Part shown: one piece after another, positions 29,267 to 39,713 of the stretch
How positions within the stretch are numbered: the stretch's first letter is position 1
Layout: every line of letters begins with the position of its first letter
Assembly (NCBI GenBank): GCA_965215185.1
Contig: OZ244034.1
Location: 2,944,001-3,008,000 of the forward strand
Source: Acidimicrobiia bacterium
Lineage (GTDB): Bacteria; Actinomycetota; Acidimicrobiia; Spongiisociales; ZC4RG35
Length of the DNA stretch: 64,000 bases
Direction: 5' to 3'
The notes under the pieces: model-generated
Seen by the model: only the letters and a program-made list of their open reading frames with translations
The model's database searches: none
What the model was told of the DNA's origin: nothing
Translations under genes and position numbers: made by a program

Positions 29267-30289
29267 GTGCTCTCCATGATATTGGGCAGCCAGGGTATGG
29301 CAATTGATCTTGGAACTGCCAACACTCTGGTTTACCTGCGCGGCAAAGGGGTGGTGCTGGGTGAGCCGTCGGTGGTGGCGATTGATTCGCGTACGGGTGA
29401 ACTTCTGGCGGTGGGCGCCGAAGCCAAACACATGATCGGTCGGACCCCGGCGCAGATCACCGCCATTCGTCCTATGCGTGACGGTGTAATCGCCGACTTC
29501 GACATCACCGCTCGGATGATTCGCTATTTCGTGAAGAAAGTCCAGCCCCGCTGGTTCTATCGCCCTGAGATCGTGATATGCGTCCCTTCGGAGAGCAGCA
29601 CGGTGGAACGGCGGGCGGCTGAGGATGCGGCTTTCAAAGCGGGGGCGCGCCGCGCCTACGTCATCGAAGAAAGCATGGCCGCCGCCATCGGTGAAGATCT
29701 CCCGGTTTCCGAGGCCAAGGGCTCCATGGTGGTGGATATTGGCGGCGGAACCACCGAGATCGGTGTCTTGTCCCTGGGAGGAGTGGTGGCAGGCCGGAGT
29801 ATCCGGACGGCCGGATACGCCATGGACCAATCGATCATCGAGTGGATCCAGTATGAGAAGGGTCTGCGGATTGGGACTCGTACCGCCGAAGATCTCAAAA
29901 TAGCCATCGGATCGGCTTGGCCCCGCGAAAACCGGATGGCCGAGATACAAGGGCACAACCTCCACACCGGTCAGCCCGACAAGGTCGTGGTATCCACTTC
30001 CGAAATCCGGGAAGCTATCAAACAGCCAGTGGACGAAATCGTGGATGCGGTTAGGAAAACGCTAACGGTTCTCAACCCCGACATCGCCTCCGACATCATT
30101 GGTCAGGGTATCGTCGTGACCGGGGGAGGGGCCTTGTTGCCCGGGCTCAAAGATCTGTTGGAGAAGGAAATCAAGATCAAGGTGAGGGTGTCCGACAATC
30201 CTTTGTTGTCTGTGGTGTTGGGCGCCGGCAAGTGCCTGGAGGAACGACAATCGTTCAGGAACGCGCTTTCTATCACGTCCAGCGTTTGA
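29267..30289 (+). CDS. mreB: Rod shape-determining protein MreB
   Basis: IDLGTANTLV, VVDIGGGTTE, TGGGALL. Confidence 0.96.
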   Translation: MLSMILGSQGMAIDLGTANTLVYLRGKGVVLGEPSVVAIDSRTGELLAVGAEAKHMIGRTPAQITAIRPMRDGVIADFDITARMIRYFVKKVQPRWFYRPEIVICVPSESSTVERRAAEDAAFKAGARRAYVIEESMAAAIGEDLPVSEAKGSMVVDIGGGTTEIGVLSLGGVVAGRSIRTAGYAMDQSIIEWIQYEKGLRIGTRTAEDLKIAIGSAWPRENRMAEIQGHNLHTGQPDKVVVSTSEIREAIKQPVDEIVDAVRKTLTVLNPDIASDIIGQGIVVTGGGALLPGLKDLLEKEIKIKVRVSDNPLLSVVLGAGKCLEERQSFRNALSITSSV

Positions 30290-30309
30290 CCTAAGCCAAC
30301 GGGTTAGCC

Positions 30310-31131
30310 GTGTACGAGTTCAGGTCCAGAGGCCGGACCATGGTGTTGACCGTTTTGATGATTGTCTCCCTGTTGTCGGCCACCTTGGAGGTGAGATCTG
30401 GTAGCTGGGGGGTGATGCGGGTCGGTTTGGGAAGTTGGCTGGTTCCTCTGCAGAGAGTGGCTTCGGAGGTCTTCAACCCCATGGTGGATACGGTGGAGGG
30501 TTTGGTGGGCATCGCCACCCTCCGTTCCAGGAATGAAGCGCTGCGCGCCGAGTTGGCCGAAACTTTGGCCGAGATGGCTGCGGTGGAGGACCAACTAGCC
30601 AGGTTGGAATCTTTGGAACGGCTGGTGGGATTGGATCTGCCCAATGTGGAACAGACGCGGACTCTGGCCAATGTGGTGGGGAGACAAGTCGGCTTCGAGT
30701 TCCACCTGAGGATCGACAAGGGTTTGAATGATGGGGTGGTGCCCGGCAACCCGGTCTTGGACGAGAACGGTTATCTGTTGGGGAGGATCGGGTCGTCGAC
30801 TGACGCATTTGCCACCGTGATTCCCATCACGGCTGATGTGGAGAGCGTGACGGTGTTGGTGGCGGGGAGTGTGGGCATTCTGCGGCCACGAGTGGGAACG
30901 GACCTGCTCAGTCTGGAGATCATCGACCGTCCCCCGATAGTGGCGGAAGGCGAAGACGTGGTTACCTCCCAACTCTCAGTCAACTTTCCTCCCGGCTTGC
31001 CGGTGGGGGCGCTGGTGGGGGATGCCCAACTCACCGGGTCGGTGTTGCGTGGGACGGTGAGTCCCTTTTCCGATCCCCAGCGGGTGAGGGCGGTTCTGGT
31101 GGTGTCTTGGCCCTCCGGTCCCAATGAGTAG
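30310..31131 (+). CDS. mreC: Rod shape-determining protein MreC
   Basis: N-terminal TM, coiled coil, IDKG..DGV, VVTS...FPPGLPVG; position in operon. Confidence 0.9.
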   Translation: MYEFRSRGRTMVLTVLMIVSLLSATLEVRSGSWGVMRVGLGSWLVPLQRVASEVFNPMVDTVEGLVGIATLRSRNEALRAELAETLAEMAAVEDQLARLESLERLVGLDLPNVEQTRTLANVVGRQVGFEFHLRIDKGLNDGVVPGNPVLDENGYLLGRIGSSTDAFATVIPITADVESVTVLVAGSVGILRPRVGTDLLSLEIIDRPPIVAEGEDVVTSQLSVNFPPGLPVGALVGDAQLTGSVLRGTVSPFSDPQRVRAVLVVSWPSGPNE

Positions 31132-31726
31132 CCGTTTCCGCTCTCGCCGTTACCGGGCTCGCCGAAAGTCCGCCCGAGGCATGGTCAGTTCCCGAATCCG
31201 GCGCGCTTCGCTCCTTTCTCGGCCAGGAGGGACAACCCGTTGGGGAGTGGGTTTTGCATGGCTGGCAGTGGTGGTGGCGGCGGTGGTCCTGCAGACTTCG
31301 GTGATGGGAAGGATCCAGATAATGGGAGTGTCTCCCGATTTGGTAACGGTGGCGGTTGGTTACGCGGCTTTCCGGCTCAAGGACAATGGGGTTCTCCTCT
31401 TGGGTTTCTCAGCGGGTCTGCTATTGGATGTCTCGGGAACCTCAGTGCTGGGGCTGTGGTCATTCTCAATGACACTGGTGGCCTGGGGGGCGGCATTGAC
31501 CCGTGAGCAGGGAGGCCGGGGAATGTCGGTCAATGCCCTGCGAATATTGCTTCTGACCCTGGCCGGCATAGTCGCCCACACCGTGATCAGCGTGGCCTTT
31601 GGAGAATGGTCTCTGGTTATCTGGGAAGCCTTGCGGCGGATGGCGTTGACGCCCAGTATCAATTTCCTGCTGGCCATGGCCCTGTTTCCCATTTCCAGCC
31701 GGCTTTGGGTGCCCGCTCTGAAGTGA
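31124..31726 (+). CDS. mreD: Rod shape-determining protein MreD
   Basis: Hydrophobic, LQTS..., PDL, GF.AGLLLD; between mreC and mrdA. Confidence 0.85.
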   Translation: MSSRFRSRRYRARRKSARGMVSSRIRRASLLSRPGGTTRWGVGFAWLAVVVAAVVLQTSVMGRIQIMGVSPDLVTVAVGYAAFRLKDNGVLLLGFSAGLLLDVSGTSVLGLWSFSMTLVAWGAALTREQGGRGMSVNALRILLLTLAGIVAHTVISVAFGEWSLVIWEALRRMALTPSINFLLAMALFPISSRLWVPALK

Positions 31727-33711
31727 AAGGGACCTATCGGATCGCGGTGGTGGCGGGGATCTTTGCCTTGCTCTTTGGGTTTTTGGGGATCCGCCTATGG
31801 TTTCTGCAGGTGGGAGAGGGGGTTGCCGCGGCGGCGATCGTCTATGAAGAGGGTCTGGTGTCCATCTCAACCCCGGCGCCGAGAGGTGATATCCGGGATC
31901 GCAACGGACAGTTGCTGGCCACCAGTCGAATAGTCCCGATGGTGATATTAGACAGACAGTTACTCCAGTCTTCTCAGAAGGAGCAGGCGATCGCCCGACT
32001 GTCTGCCCGGTTGGACATTCCTTCGGAGTGGATAGCCGCTTTGTACGACGAGGTCGGGGTAAATCAGCGGTTCCCCTTGGCTGTGGTGGACGCTACCACC
32101 GCCTATCAGTTGGAAGAGCAACTGCGTTCATTCCCGGGGGTGGTGGTGGAAAACTACCCCGAGAGGGTCTATTTAACGGGTGGCGCCATGTCACATGTGA
32201 TCGGGCATCTGGGTTTTCCTTCCGCCGATGACCTAGCGAGCAGACCTTATCTGGATCCGAGTATTCGGATCGGCAAGCTGGGAGTGGAGGGCTTTTACGA
32301 CGAATGGCTGCAAGGAACACCCGGTGACCGCGTCTATCGGGTTAATAAGGCTGGGCGAATCACCGAAGAGCGGACCGAAATTCCCCCCGCATCGGGCGCC
32401 ACCGTCTATCTGACCTTGGATGAGCGACTTCAGAAGGTGGTGGAGGACGCCCTGTTGCAGGGGATAGAACTCTCCAACGTGATCAAGGAAGAAGAAAGAA
32501 ACCAGGCTCTGGAGAAGGGGGAGGTTCCGGCGGCTCTCACTCCCGCGGAAAGGTCGGCCGCAGTGGTGATGGACATCACCAACGGGGAGATTCTGGCTTT
32601 GGCAAGCTATCCGGACTTTGATCCGCAACAGTTCGTTTGGGGAATCGATCAACTCGAATTCGCTCGGCTATCCGACGAGAAAGCCTTTCTCAACCTGGTG
32701 GTGGGAGGACTGTATCCCCCCGCCTCCACCTTCAAAGTGGTCACCTACACCGCGGCGCTCCTATACAACATACCCTTTGCTCAGGCGATAGAAGGGGTTG
32801 ATTCGGTGAATCGGAGGATCAACTGCGACGGGGAACTGGTTCTGACCGAAATTGATGAGGGAAGTCCTCAGGTTTTTCGAGATTGGTACTACCCGGCGGA
32901 ACTGGGGTGGCTGGACATTCACGGCGCGTTGGAGCACTCCTGCAACATCTATTTTTATAATCTGGCGCTGGGGGTGTGGCGCAATTGGCGAAATACCAAT
33001 CGCGAACATGTGTTACAGGAAATGGCGCGCTCCACCGGGTATGGCTCCTTTACCGGGGTGGATCTGCCTGGGGATCAGGCGGGAATCGTCCCTGATCGGG
33101 AGTTGTTTGAAAGTTGGAAGAGGATTCAACTGGAAGACCCGTCTGCTCCCGTCCGTCTGGACCCGGCTCGCTTGGCTCTGGCCAGTCCCTGGGTGGGGGG
33201 TGATCTGATGAACCTGGCGATCGGGCAGGGCGATATGTTGGCCTCTCCTCTGCAGGTGGCGATCTCCTACGGGGCGCTGGCCAATGGTGGAACCGTGTGG
33301 ACTCCGCGGGTGGTGAGCCAGGTACGCTCTCCGGAAGGCGAGTTGCTGTGGGCGGCCATCCCGGAGCCGAAAAACCAGATCGATCTTGCCCCGGGGGTGG
33401 TGGCTTCTTTGCTTTCGGATATGAACCGGGTGGTGGTGAGCGGAACAGCCCGCCGGGCCTTTTCGGGATTCGGCGCCTCGTTGGATTTGGTTGGAGGCAA
33501 GACCGGGACTGGGCAATCCTCCGCCAATCGAGACAGTCACGCTTGGTTCGCGGGGGTGGCTCCCATCAATAACCCTAAATGGGTGGTTGTGGTGTTGGTT
33601 GACCAAGGTGGATCGGGAGGGAGGGTGGCCGCGCCTATGGGCCGTTACATTATGCAGTATCTGATGGGCGAGGAGTTGGATCCCATTGAAGCCGGGGAGG
33701 CGACAAACTGA
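31723..33711 (+). CDS. mrdA: Penicillin-binding protein 2 (start at GTG overlapping the mreD stop)
   Basis: APRGDIRDRNG, YPPASTFK (SxxK), SCN, KTGT. Confidence 0.93.
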   Translation: MKGTYRIAVVAGIFALLFGFLGIRLWFLQVGEGVAAAAIVYEEGLVSISTPAPRGDIRDRNGQLLATSRIVPMVILDRQLLQSSQKEQAIARLSARLDIPSEWIAALYDEVGVNQRFPLAVVDATTAYQLEEQLRSFPGVVVENYPERVYLTGGAMSHVIGHLGFPSADDLASRPYLDPSIRIGKLGVEGFYDEWLQGTPGDRVYRVNKAGRITEERTEIPPASGATVYLTLDERLQKVVEDALLQGIELSNVIKEEERNQALEKGEVPAALTPAERSAAVVMDITNGEILALASYPDFDPQQFVWGIDQLEFARLSDEKAFLNLVVGGLYPPASTFKVVTYTAALLYNIPFAQAIEGVDSVNRRINCDGELVLTEIDEGSPQVFRDWYYPAELGWLDIHGALEHSCNIYFYNLALGVWRNWRNTNREHVLQEMARSTGYGSFTGVDLPGDQAGIVPDRELFESWKRIQLEDPSAPVRLDPARLALASPWVGGDLMNLAIGQGDMLASPLQVAISYGALANGGTVWTPRVVSQVRSPEGELLWAAIPEPKNQIDLAPGVVASLLSDMNRVVVSGTARRAFSGFGASLDLVGGKTGTGQSSANRDSHAWFAGVAPINNPKWVVVVLVDQGGSGGRVAAPMGRYIMQYLMGEELDPIEAGEATN

Positions 33712-34907
33712 TGGCCTTTCTGCCTAGACGTCAAGGTGGCTGGTGGATGGGGAAGGGAGATACCATATCCCGCCCTGACCTGGGGCTGGTGGGTTCGGTG
33801 CTGGTTCTGTCGGGGTTCGGGCTGCTGATGATTTATTCGGCTACCCGAGGAGCCTTGGAACGGCGGGAGCTATTGCCGTCGGCATCTACCGAGCGCCAAA
33901 TGGTGTTTATGGTGATCGGGTTGGTCGTCATGGGGGTGCTGAGCTACCTCGACTATCGGGACTACCGGTTTCTGGCGCCGGTTCTCTATGTGGGTTCTCT
34001 GGTCGCTTTGGCGGTGGCGTTTCTCTTCGAACCGGTGAACGGGGTGCAGCGGTGGATCAGCCTTGGCCCGGTGAACATCCAACCTGCCGAGTTCACCAAG
34101 CTGGTGCTGGTCATTGTTTTGGCGTCGCTGCTTAGCGAGGGTCCCGAAGAAACCTCCCAGCATCTTCCCTGGCGTAAAGTGGCCTACGCGGTGGTGCTTT
34201 CAGTGGTCCCTATGGTGTTCATATTCTTGCAGCCCGATCTCGGCACGATGATGTCCTATCCCGCCATTCTTTTGTTGATGTTGTTCGTGTCGGGGGCTAC
34301 CCGGGCGCAGTTGATCACCCTGCTGTCGGGGGCGGTGGGCTTGGTGGTGATGGTCTGGCGGCTGGGGTTCCTGGAGTCACATCAGATCGACCGTCTCAGG
34401 GTATTCATCGATCCTGAGTTGGATCCCCAGGGGCTGGGTTGGAGCATCCGACAGGCCAGACTGGCGATCTCCTCCGGTCAGGTGACCGGCCAGGGGCTCT
34501 TCGAAGGCACCATCACCAATCAGGGCCTGGTCCCCGAGCAGGAGAGCGATTTTATCTTTACCGCGGTGGGGGAACAACTGGGGTTTGTGGGAGGTGTGAT
34601 AGTGCTGCTGGTTTTCAGTTATATAATCTGGCGACTGCTGCGCATTGCGGTCACCGCCCCTGATCAGTACGGTTCACTGATCGCCACAGGGGTGGCGGTC
34701 CTTTTGATGTTCCATGTGTTCATAAGCGTGGGGATGACTCTGGGATTGGTACCCATAACTGGCCTTCCCCTTCCCTTCTTGAGCCAAGGGGGATCTTTCT
34801 ACCTGACCGCGACGATGGGGATTGGGATGTGCCTCTCGATTTGGAGGCTGCGACCCCATGTTTGGCCGGGCGGCGTAGCGAGGGGGAGAAGCGCTTTTTC
34901 GGGATAG
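33711..34907 (+). CDS. rodA: Rod shape-determining SEDS glycosyltransferase RodA
   Basis: RWI.LG...IQPAEFTK, LQPDLGT, PEQESDFIF, PITGLPLPFLSQGGS. Confidence 0.93.
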   Translation: MAFLPRRQGGWWMGKGDTISRPDLGLVGSVLVLSGFGLLMIYSATRGALERRELLPSASTERQMVFMVIGLVVMGVLSYLDYRDYRFLAPVLYVGSLVALAVAFLFEPVNGVQRWISLGPVNIQPAEFTKLVLVIVLASLLSEGPEETSQHLPWRKVAYAVVLSVVPMVFIFLQPDLGTMMSYPAILLLMLFVSGATRAQLITLLSGAVGLVVMVWRLGFLESHQIDRLRVFIDPELDPQGLGWSIRQARLAISSGQVTGQGLFEGTITNQGLVPEQESDFIFTAVGEQLGFVGGVIVLLVFSYIIWRLLRIAVTAPDQYGSLIATGVAVLLMFHVFISVGMTLGLVPITGLPLPFLSQGGSFYLTATMGIGMCLSIWRLRPHVWPGGVARGRSAFSG

Positions 34908-35150
34908 CCATGTGGCCGGGGCATCGGGTTTTTGGTCGGAGAAGATTTCACTTTATGTTGCGGAGTTGCATAATATGGTGAGAGAGTTGGAAAAGGCTCT
35001 GGCAGGGCCTTGTCTGGCCCACCGAGGCCACAGGCTCAGGAGTTGATCTTCTTGATCTGATCCCAGCGGCGGAGTTCAGCCGAGGGAGCAGGGAAGATTG
35101 TGATCAAGAAGAAGAGATTCCGGTTCCCATTGTCAATTTGATTAGGAGGG

Positions 35151-36722
35151 TTGTTTATGGGTTGGTTACGAAAAGGCCGTACGGAGGTGATTCGCCGAGT
35201 CGGCGGTGATTATGTAGAAGAACGGGAGAGGCGCCAGGTAAACGGTTCGGAAGTAGAGATCCGTCGGGTAGCTCCCAAGAGTCTCACCAAGACCAAACCC
35301 GTTCCCAGAAAAAGAAAACCCAGGCCTCGTCAGGCCGCCTCCCGCAAGGGCAGTTCGGGTATTGCGACCAGCCGCGGGTCATCTCCGGGTCGCCGGGTTG
35401 GTACCCCTCCCGACCCCGCTTCTGTCGAATCGACGGTTCAGCCGACCGCGCTGCGCAGCAAGATATTGGTCAGCGTGGGGGATGAGACCAGAGTGGCCAT
35501 TATGGAGGGCCCGGATTTGGTGGAGTACTACTCGGAGTGCCCTGGTGAGGGGTCGCTAGTAGGGAGCATTTACCTGGCAGTGGTGCGCAATGTGTTGCCG
35601 GGGATGGAAGCCGCTTTTGTGGACATCGGCGAGGGGAAGAACGGTGTTCTCTATGCAGATGACGTATTTGTCGACCCGGACCGGTTCGGCAAAGGTGGTC
35701 GTCCTCGGGTGGAGCAGGTTATTTCGGAGGGTGATGAAGTGGTGGTACAGGTCAGGAGGGATGCGATGGGCGCCAAGGGCCCCCGTTTGCGAGGTCACAT
35801 TTCCCTGGCTGGGCGGTTCCTGGTCCTGCAGCCCGGTTATTCCAACGTGTCCATCTCCCAGCGGCTCTCCCGCGCGGAGCGTTCCCGGCTGCGACAAGTG
35901 GTGGATGAACTGGTCCCGTCCGGGTTTGGCGTGATCGTTCGCACCGCCGCGCGGCAGGCAACGGCCAAGGAAATCAAGGCGGAGGTGTCGAAGCTGGCCG
36001 ACAAGTGGAACGAGATCACCGAGGAAGCCGCCCGCGGGGGAGGTCCACGGTTGCTTTACCGGGACTCCGATCTTTTGATCCGGGTGATCAGGGAGCATCT
36101 CTCGTCGGAGACGAGACGAGTGGAAATCGATGACGCTGAGTCTTACCAGCGGGTAGTGGATTATCTTCGCTCGGCTGACCCCGACTTGGTGACCCGGGTG
36201 AAACGGTATGACCACGCTATCTCTCTTTTCGACAGGTTTCACGTTGACGACCAGGTGAGGAAGGCATTGAAACGTCGGGTCCCGTTGCCTTCGGGAGGTC
36301 ATTTGGTGTTTGACTCCACCGAGGCTTTGACAGTTGTCGATGTCAACACCGGACGTTTTGTGGGCCGCTCCAACCTGGAGGACACCATCCTGCAAAACAA
36401 TCTGGAGGCAGCCGAAGAGATCGGACGCCAATTGCGCCTGCGGGATATCGGAGGAATCATCGTGGTTGATTTCATCGATATGTCCAGAGAGGCCAATCAG
36501 CGCAAAGTTCTCAGAAAGCTGAACGAAGTGCTGGCCCGGGACAAGACCCGAACCGAGGCATTCGAAGTCTCCCGGCTGGGGCTGGTGGAGATGACCCGCA
36601 AGAATGTCTCAGCGGGCCTCTTGGAATCTTTCTCCAAGCAGTGTGACCATTGCGGCGGGCAGGGTCTGATTATCAAAGATCCAACCTTCTCCTCCCCGTC
36701 GCGGGTAGCAGCCGGTATTTGA
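35151..36722 (+). CDS. rne: Ribonuclease E/G family protein
   Basis: S1 domain VLPGMEAAFVDIG, TEALTVVDVNTG, LRLRDIGGIIVVDFIDM, CDHCGGQG. Confidence 0.93.
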   Translation: MFMGWLRKGRTEVIRRVGGDYVEERERRQVNGSEVEIRRVAPKSLTKTKPVPRKRKPRPRQAASRKGSSGIATSRGSSPGRRVGTPPDPASVESTVQPTALRSKILVSVGDETRVAIMEGPDLVEYYSECPGEGSLVGSIYLAVVRNVLPGMEAAFVDIGEGKNGVLYADDVFVDPDRFGKGGRPRVEQVISEGDEVVVQVRRDAMGAKGPRLRGHISLAGRFLVLQPGYSNVSISQRLSRAERSRLRQVVDELVPSGFGVIVRTAARQATAKEIKAEVSKLADKWNEITEEAARGGGPRLLYRDSDLLIRVIREHLSSETRRVEIDDAESYQRVVDYLRSADPDLVTRVKRYDHAISLFDRFHVDDQVRKALKRRVPLPSGGHLVFDSTEALTVVDVNTGRFVGRSNLEDTILQNNLEAAEEIGRQLRLRDIGGIIVVDFIDMSREANQRKVLRKLNEVLARDKTRTEAFEVSRLGLVEMTRKNVSAGLLESFSKQCDHCGGQGLIIKDPTFSSPSRVAAGI

Positions 36723-36724
36723 CC

Positions 36725-36753
36725 TTGGCATTTTGTCGTGTGCTACATAGAAT
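36725..36753 (+). promoter_or_regulatory. Candidate housekeeping-sigma promoter of rplU-rpmA
   Basis: TTGGCA-N17-TAGAAT, 12 nt before the rplU ATG. Confidence 0.55.
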
Positions 36754-36765
36754 GACTGTTTCAGC

Positions 36766-37083
36766 ATGTATGCAGTAATAGCCAGCGGTGGAAAACAGGC
36801 CAAGGTCGCTCCTGGTGACGTTGTCAGCGTGGAGCGGTTGTCTTCAAATTCCGATGAAATCAACTTCACTCCGGTGTTGGTGGTGGACCGAGAGGGAAAT
36901 GTGTTGACGGGCCCGGCCCTGCGGGGAGCGACGGTTTCCGCACGCCTGCTGGGAGAGGTGAAGGGGCCAAAGATCCGGATCTTCAAGTACAAGTCCAAGA
37001 CCGGGTATCGCCGGCGGATGGGCCACCGTCAGAAGTATTCCCAGATTGAGGTCCTCGACATCAACCTACCGACCGGGTCTTAA
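36766..37083 (+). CDS. rplU: 50S ribosomal protein L21
   Basis: MYAVIASGGKQ, KYKSKTGYRRRMGHRQ. Confidence 0.97.
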   Translation: MYAVIASGGKQAKVAPGDVVSVERLSSNSDEINFTPVLVVDREGNVLTGPALRGATVSARLLGEVKGPKIRIFKYKSKTGYRRRMGHRQKYSQIEVLDINLPTGS

Positions 37084-37095
37084 AGGAGAGTCGAG

Positions 37096-37347
37096 ATGTC
37101 CAAGACCAAAGCAGGGGGCTCAAGCCGAAACGGACGGGAATCGCACGCCAAGCGACTTGGTCCCAAAGTGTTCGACGGGCAGTCGGTCCATTGCGGATCG
37201 GTGCTGGTTCGACAGCGCGGGACCCGCATTCATCCCGGCTTCAATGTGGGCCGGGGAAGTGACGATACGTTGTATGCCCGCGCCTCGGGCGTTGTCAAGT
37301 ACGGGGTGAGGAACCGTCGCCGCTTGGTGAGCGTCCTTACCGACTGA
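37096..37347 (+). CDS. rpmA: 50S ribosomal protein L27
   Basis: [33 protein letters not shown]. Confidence 0.97.
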   Translation: MSKTKAGGSSRNGRESHAKRLGPKVFDGQSVHCGSVLVRQRGTRIHPGFNVGRGSDDTLYARASGVVKYGVRNRRRLVSVLTD

Positions 37348-37368
37348 TTCCCCTTCCGGCCGGTCGCG

Positions 37369-38625
37369 ATGTTCGTTGACTCGGTCAGGGTGCATATTCG
37401 CGCCGGAGACGGGGGAAGTGGTATGGTCAGCTTCGAGCGTCGGCGGGGGAAACCGCGGGGGAAGCCGCTGGGAGGTTCGGGAGGAAGGGGAGGAGATGTG
37501 GTGGTGCGCGCCGACGCTTCGGTGGGCACCCTGTTCCGCTATCAAAGGCATTCGCACCATGTGGCCGAATACGGCGTCGGGGGGGCGGATCGTCTTCGAC
37601 AAGGACGGCGAGGCGATCCTTTGGTAATACCTACGCCACTGGGTACCTCCGTGTACGACGACGCCGGCGTGTTGCTGGCGGATCTGGTGGAGGAGGGGCA
37701 GCAGGCAATTTTGGCGCGAGGCGGAAAAGGTGGTCGGGGAAACGCAGCCCTGGTCAGCGCCAGCCATCGGGTCCCGGCGGTGAGCGAAAAAGGGGAGAAG
37801 GGGTCGGCGGGTTGGTTTCGCCTGGAGATGAAACTGCAGGCCGACGCTGCTTTAGTGGGGTTTCCCAACGCCGGAAAAAGCACGCTTTTGTCGAGAGTGT
37901 CGGCTGCCCGTCCCAAGATCGCCGACTACCCGTTCACCACCCTTACTCCCAACCTGGGGGTGGTCGAGATTGACAATGACGATTTCACCATGGCGGATGT
38001 TCCTGGGCTGATAGAGGGGGCGGCGGAGGGTCGTGGGCTTGGGCATACCTTTTTGCGTCATGTGGAGCGAGCGTCGGTGCTGGTAATAATGCTTGACCCA
38101 TCTCCTATGGCGGAAGTGGCGCCCGGCGTTCAGTTGGACGCGCTCTTGGGTGAACTGGAGAGGTACTCGGCTCCGCTGGTGAAACGTCCCCGGGTGGTTG
38201 CGGTCAACAAGGCTGACCTTCCGGAATCCAAGGAAATTGCTGAAACTATTCCCGGATCCTTTTTGATCTCGGCAGTTACCGGACAGGGCCTGCTTCCCTT
38301 CTTGCGTCGGGTCAAGGAATTGATTGGGCGGGCGCGGGAGACGAGCACCGTCCGGGAAGGATTCATCCTCCATCGTCCTCAGCAGCGAGGGTTTGTGGTT
38401 TCCCGTACCGATGAGGGGTGGTTTGTGGAGGGGTTGGCCGCGGATCGAGCGGTGGCTCTGGGGAATCTCGATACCCCTGAGGCAGCCCGACTGGCTTCGA
38501 CCCGCCTGGACCGCCTAGGGGTGAGTCGAGCTCTCCGAGAGGCCGGGGCCCGTCACGGGGATACGGTTTCGATCGGGGGGGTGGAACTTCAATACGAAGA
38601 TCCCGACATCGGGGGGTGGGAGTGA
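37369..38625 (+). CDS. obgE: GTPase Obg/CgtA
   Basis: Gly-rich Obg fold, GFPNAGKST, YPFTTL, DVPGLIEGA, NKAD. Confidence 0.96.
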   Translation: MFVDSVRVHIRAGDGGSGMVSFERRRGKPRGKPLGGSGGRGGDVVVRADASVGTLFRYQRHSHHVAEYGVGGADRLRQGRRGDPLVIPTPLGTSVYDDAGVLLADLVEEGQQAILARGGKGGRGNAALVSASHRVPAVSEKGEKGSAGWFRLEMKLQADAALVGFPNAGKSTLLSRVSAARPKIADYPFTTLTPNLGVVEIDNDDFTMADVPGLIEGAAEGRGLGHTFLRHVERASVLVIMLDPSPMAEVAPGVQLDALLGELERYSAPLVKRPRVVAVNKADLPESKEIAETIPGSFLISAVTGQGLLPFLRRVKELIGRARETSTVREGFILHRPQQRGFVVSRTDEGWFVEGLAADRAVALGNLDTPEAARLASTRLDRLGVSRALREAGARHGDTVSIGGVELQYEDPDIGGWE

Positions 38626-39713
38626 GGCGAGTGGTATCTCCCGATGGGGTTCTGGTGATAAAGATCGGTTCCTCCAGCCTGGTGCGGCTGGAGGACGGAC
38701 CCGATGCTGACGCTTTGGAGCGAGTAGTTGAGCATGTGGCACAGGCGTTTGCCCGCGGCCATCCCACCGCGTTGGTCACTTCGGGAGCGGTGGCGGCGGG
38801 CCTCCCGGCGTTGGGACTGTCCGCTCGGCCCACCGATTTGGCCGGATTGCAGGTAGCAGCGGCTGTGGGACAGGGTCGCCTAATGGGTCTCTACACCGCC
38901 GAGTTCGCCAAGCGGGGACTGGTGGCCGGACAAGTGTTGTTGACCAGGGGAGTGTTGGCGGATCGCACTCCTTATCTAAATGCCCGGATGGCTCTGTTGG
39001 GGATGCTGGAGCGGGGGATAGTTCCGGTCGTCAACGAAAACGATTCGGTGGGTGTGGAGGAGTTGCGGGTGGGGGACAATGACCGGTTGTCGGCGTTGGT
39101 CTCTCATTTGGTCTCGGCTGATTTGCTCATCTTGCTGACTGATACCCCTGGTCTCTATACGGCTGATCCCTCCTCACAGGACGCGGAGTTGATGGGTGAG
39201 ATCTCCTCAACCGATCAGAGACTCGACTCCATTGCCCGCCTCCCGGGAGGACAGCTTGGGTCGGGCGGTGTGTTCAGCAAAGTGGCCGCTGCCCGAATGG
39301 CAGCTTTTTGCGGCATCCCCACGGTGGTCGCTTCTGCGTCCGAACCGGCGGTTGTAGCCAGGATCTGCAGCGGGGAACGGATCGGCACCTGGGTAAATCC
39401 CCAGTCCCGAAAGCTAAGCGCCCGCAAACTCTGGATAGCATTCGGTCAGGAGACCCGCGGGCAGGTAACCGTGGACGCCGGAGCGGTGCGGGCCATAACT
39501 CAGCTAAAAAAGAGCCTGCTGCCAGTGGGAGTAAGGAAGATAGAAAGGGATTTCGATGCCCGCGACGCCGTGCAGGTGTTGGACCCGGAGGGAAGAGTTA
39601 TCGCCAAAGGAATTTCCCGCATCACAGCCCACCAATGCCGAGCCCTCCAAGAGAGTGGCAAACCCACCGTAGAGCTTATCCATAGAGACGACCTGGTAAT
39701 CCTAGTCGAATAA
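38622..39713 (+). CDS. proB: Glutamate 5-kinase with PUA domain
   Basis: VIKIGSSSL, TSGAVAAG, VVNENDSV, GDNDRLSA, VDAGA. Confidence 0.95.
   Translation: MRRVVSPDGVLVIKIGSSSLVRLEDGPDADALERVVEHVAQAFARGHPTALVTSGAVAAGLPALGLSARPTDLAGLQVAAAVGQGRLMGLYTAEFAKRGLVAGQVLLTRGVLADRTPYLNARMALLGMLERGIVPVVNENDSVGVEELRVGDNDRLSALVSHLVSADLLILLTDTPGLYTADPSSQDAELMGEISSTDQRLDSIARLPGGQLGSGGVFSKVAAARMAAFCGIPTVVASASEPAVVARICSGERIGTWVNPQSRKLSARKLWIAFGQETRGQVTVDAGAVRAITQLKKSLLPVGVRKIERDFDARDAVQVLDPEGRVIAKGISRITAHQCRALQESGKPTVELIHRDDLVILVE

Noticed and set aside
31606-31722. Extended N-terminus of PBP2
   Set aside because: Overlaps mreD; GTG 31723 coupled to the mreD stop gives the normal TM-anchor start
29267-34907. 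Complete mreBCD-mrdA-rodA elongasome in an actinobacterium
   Set aside because: Expected in deep-branching classes such as Acidimicrobiia; ordinary synteny
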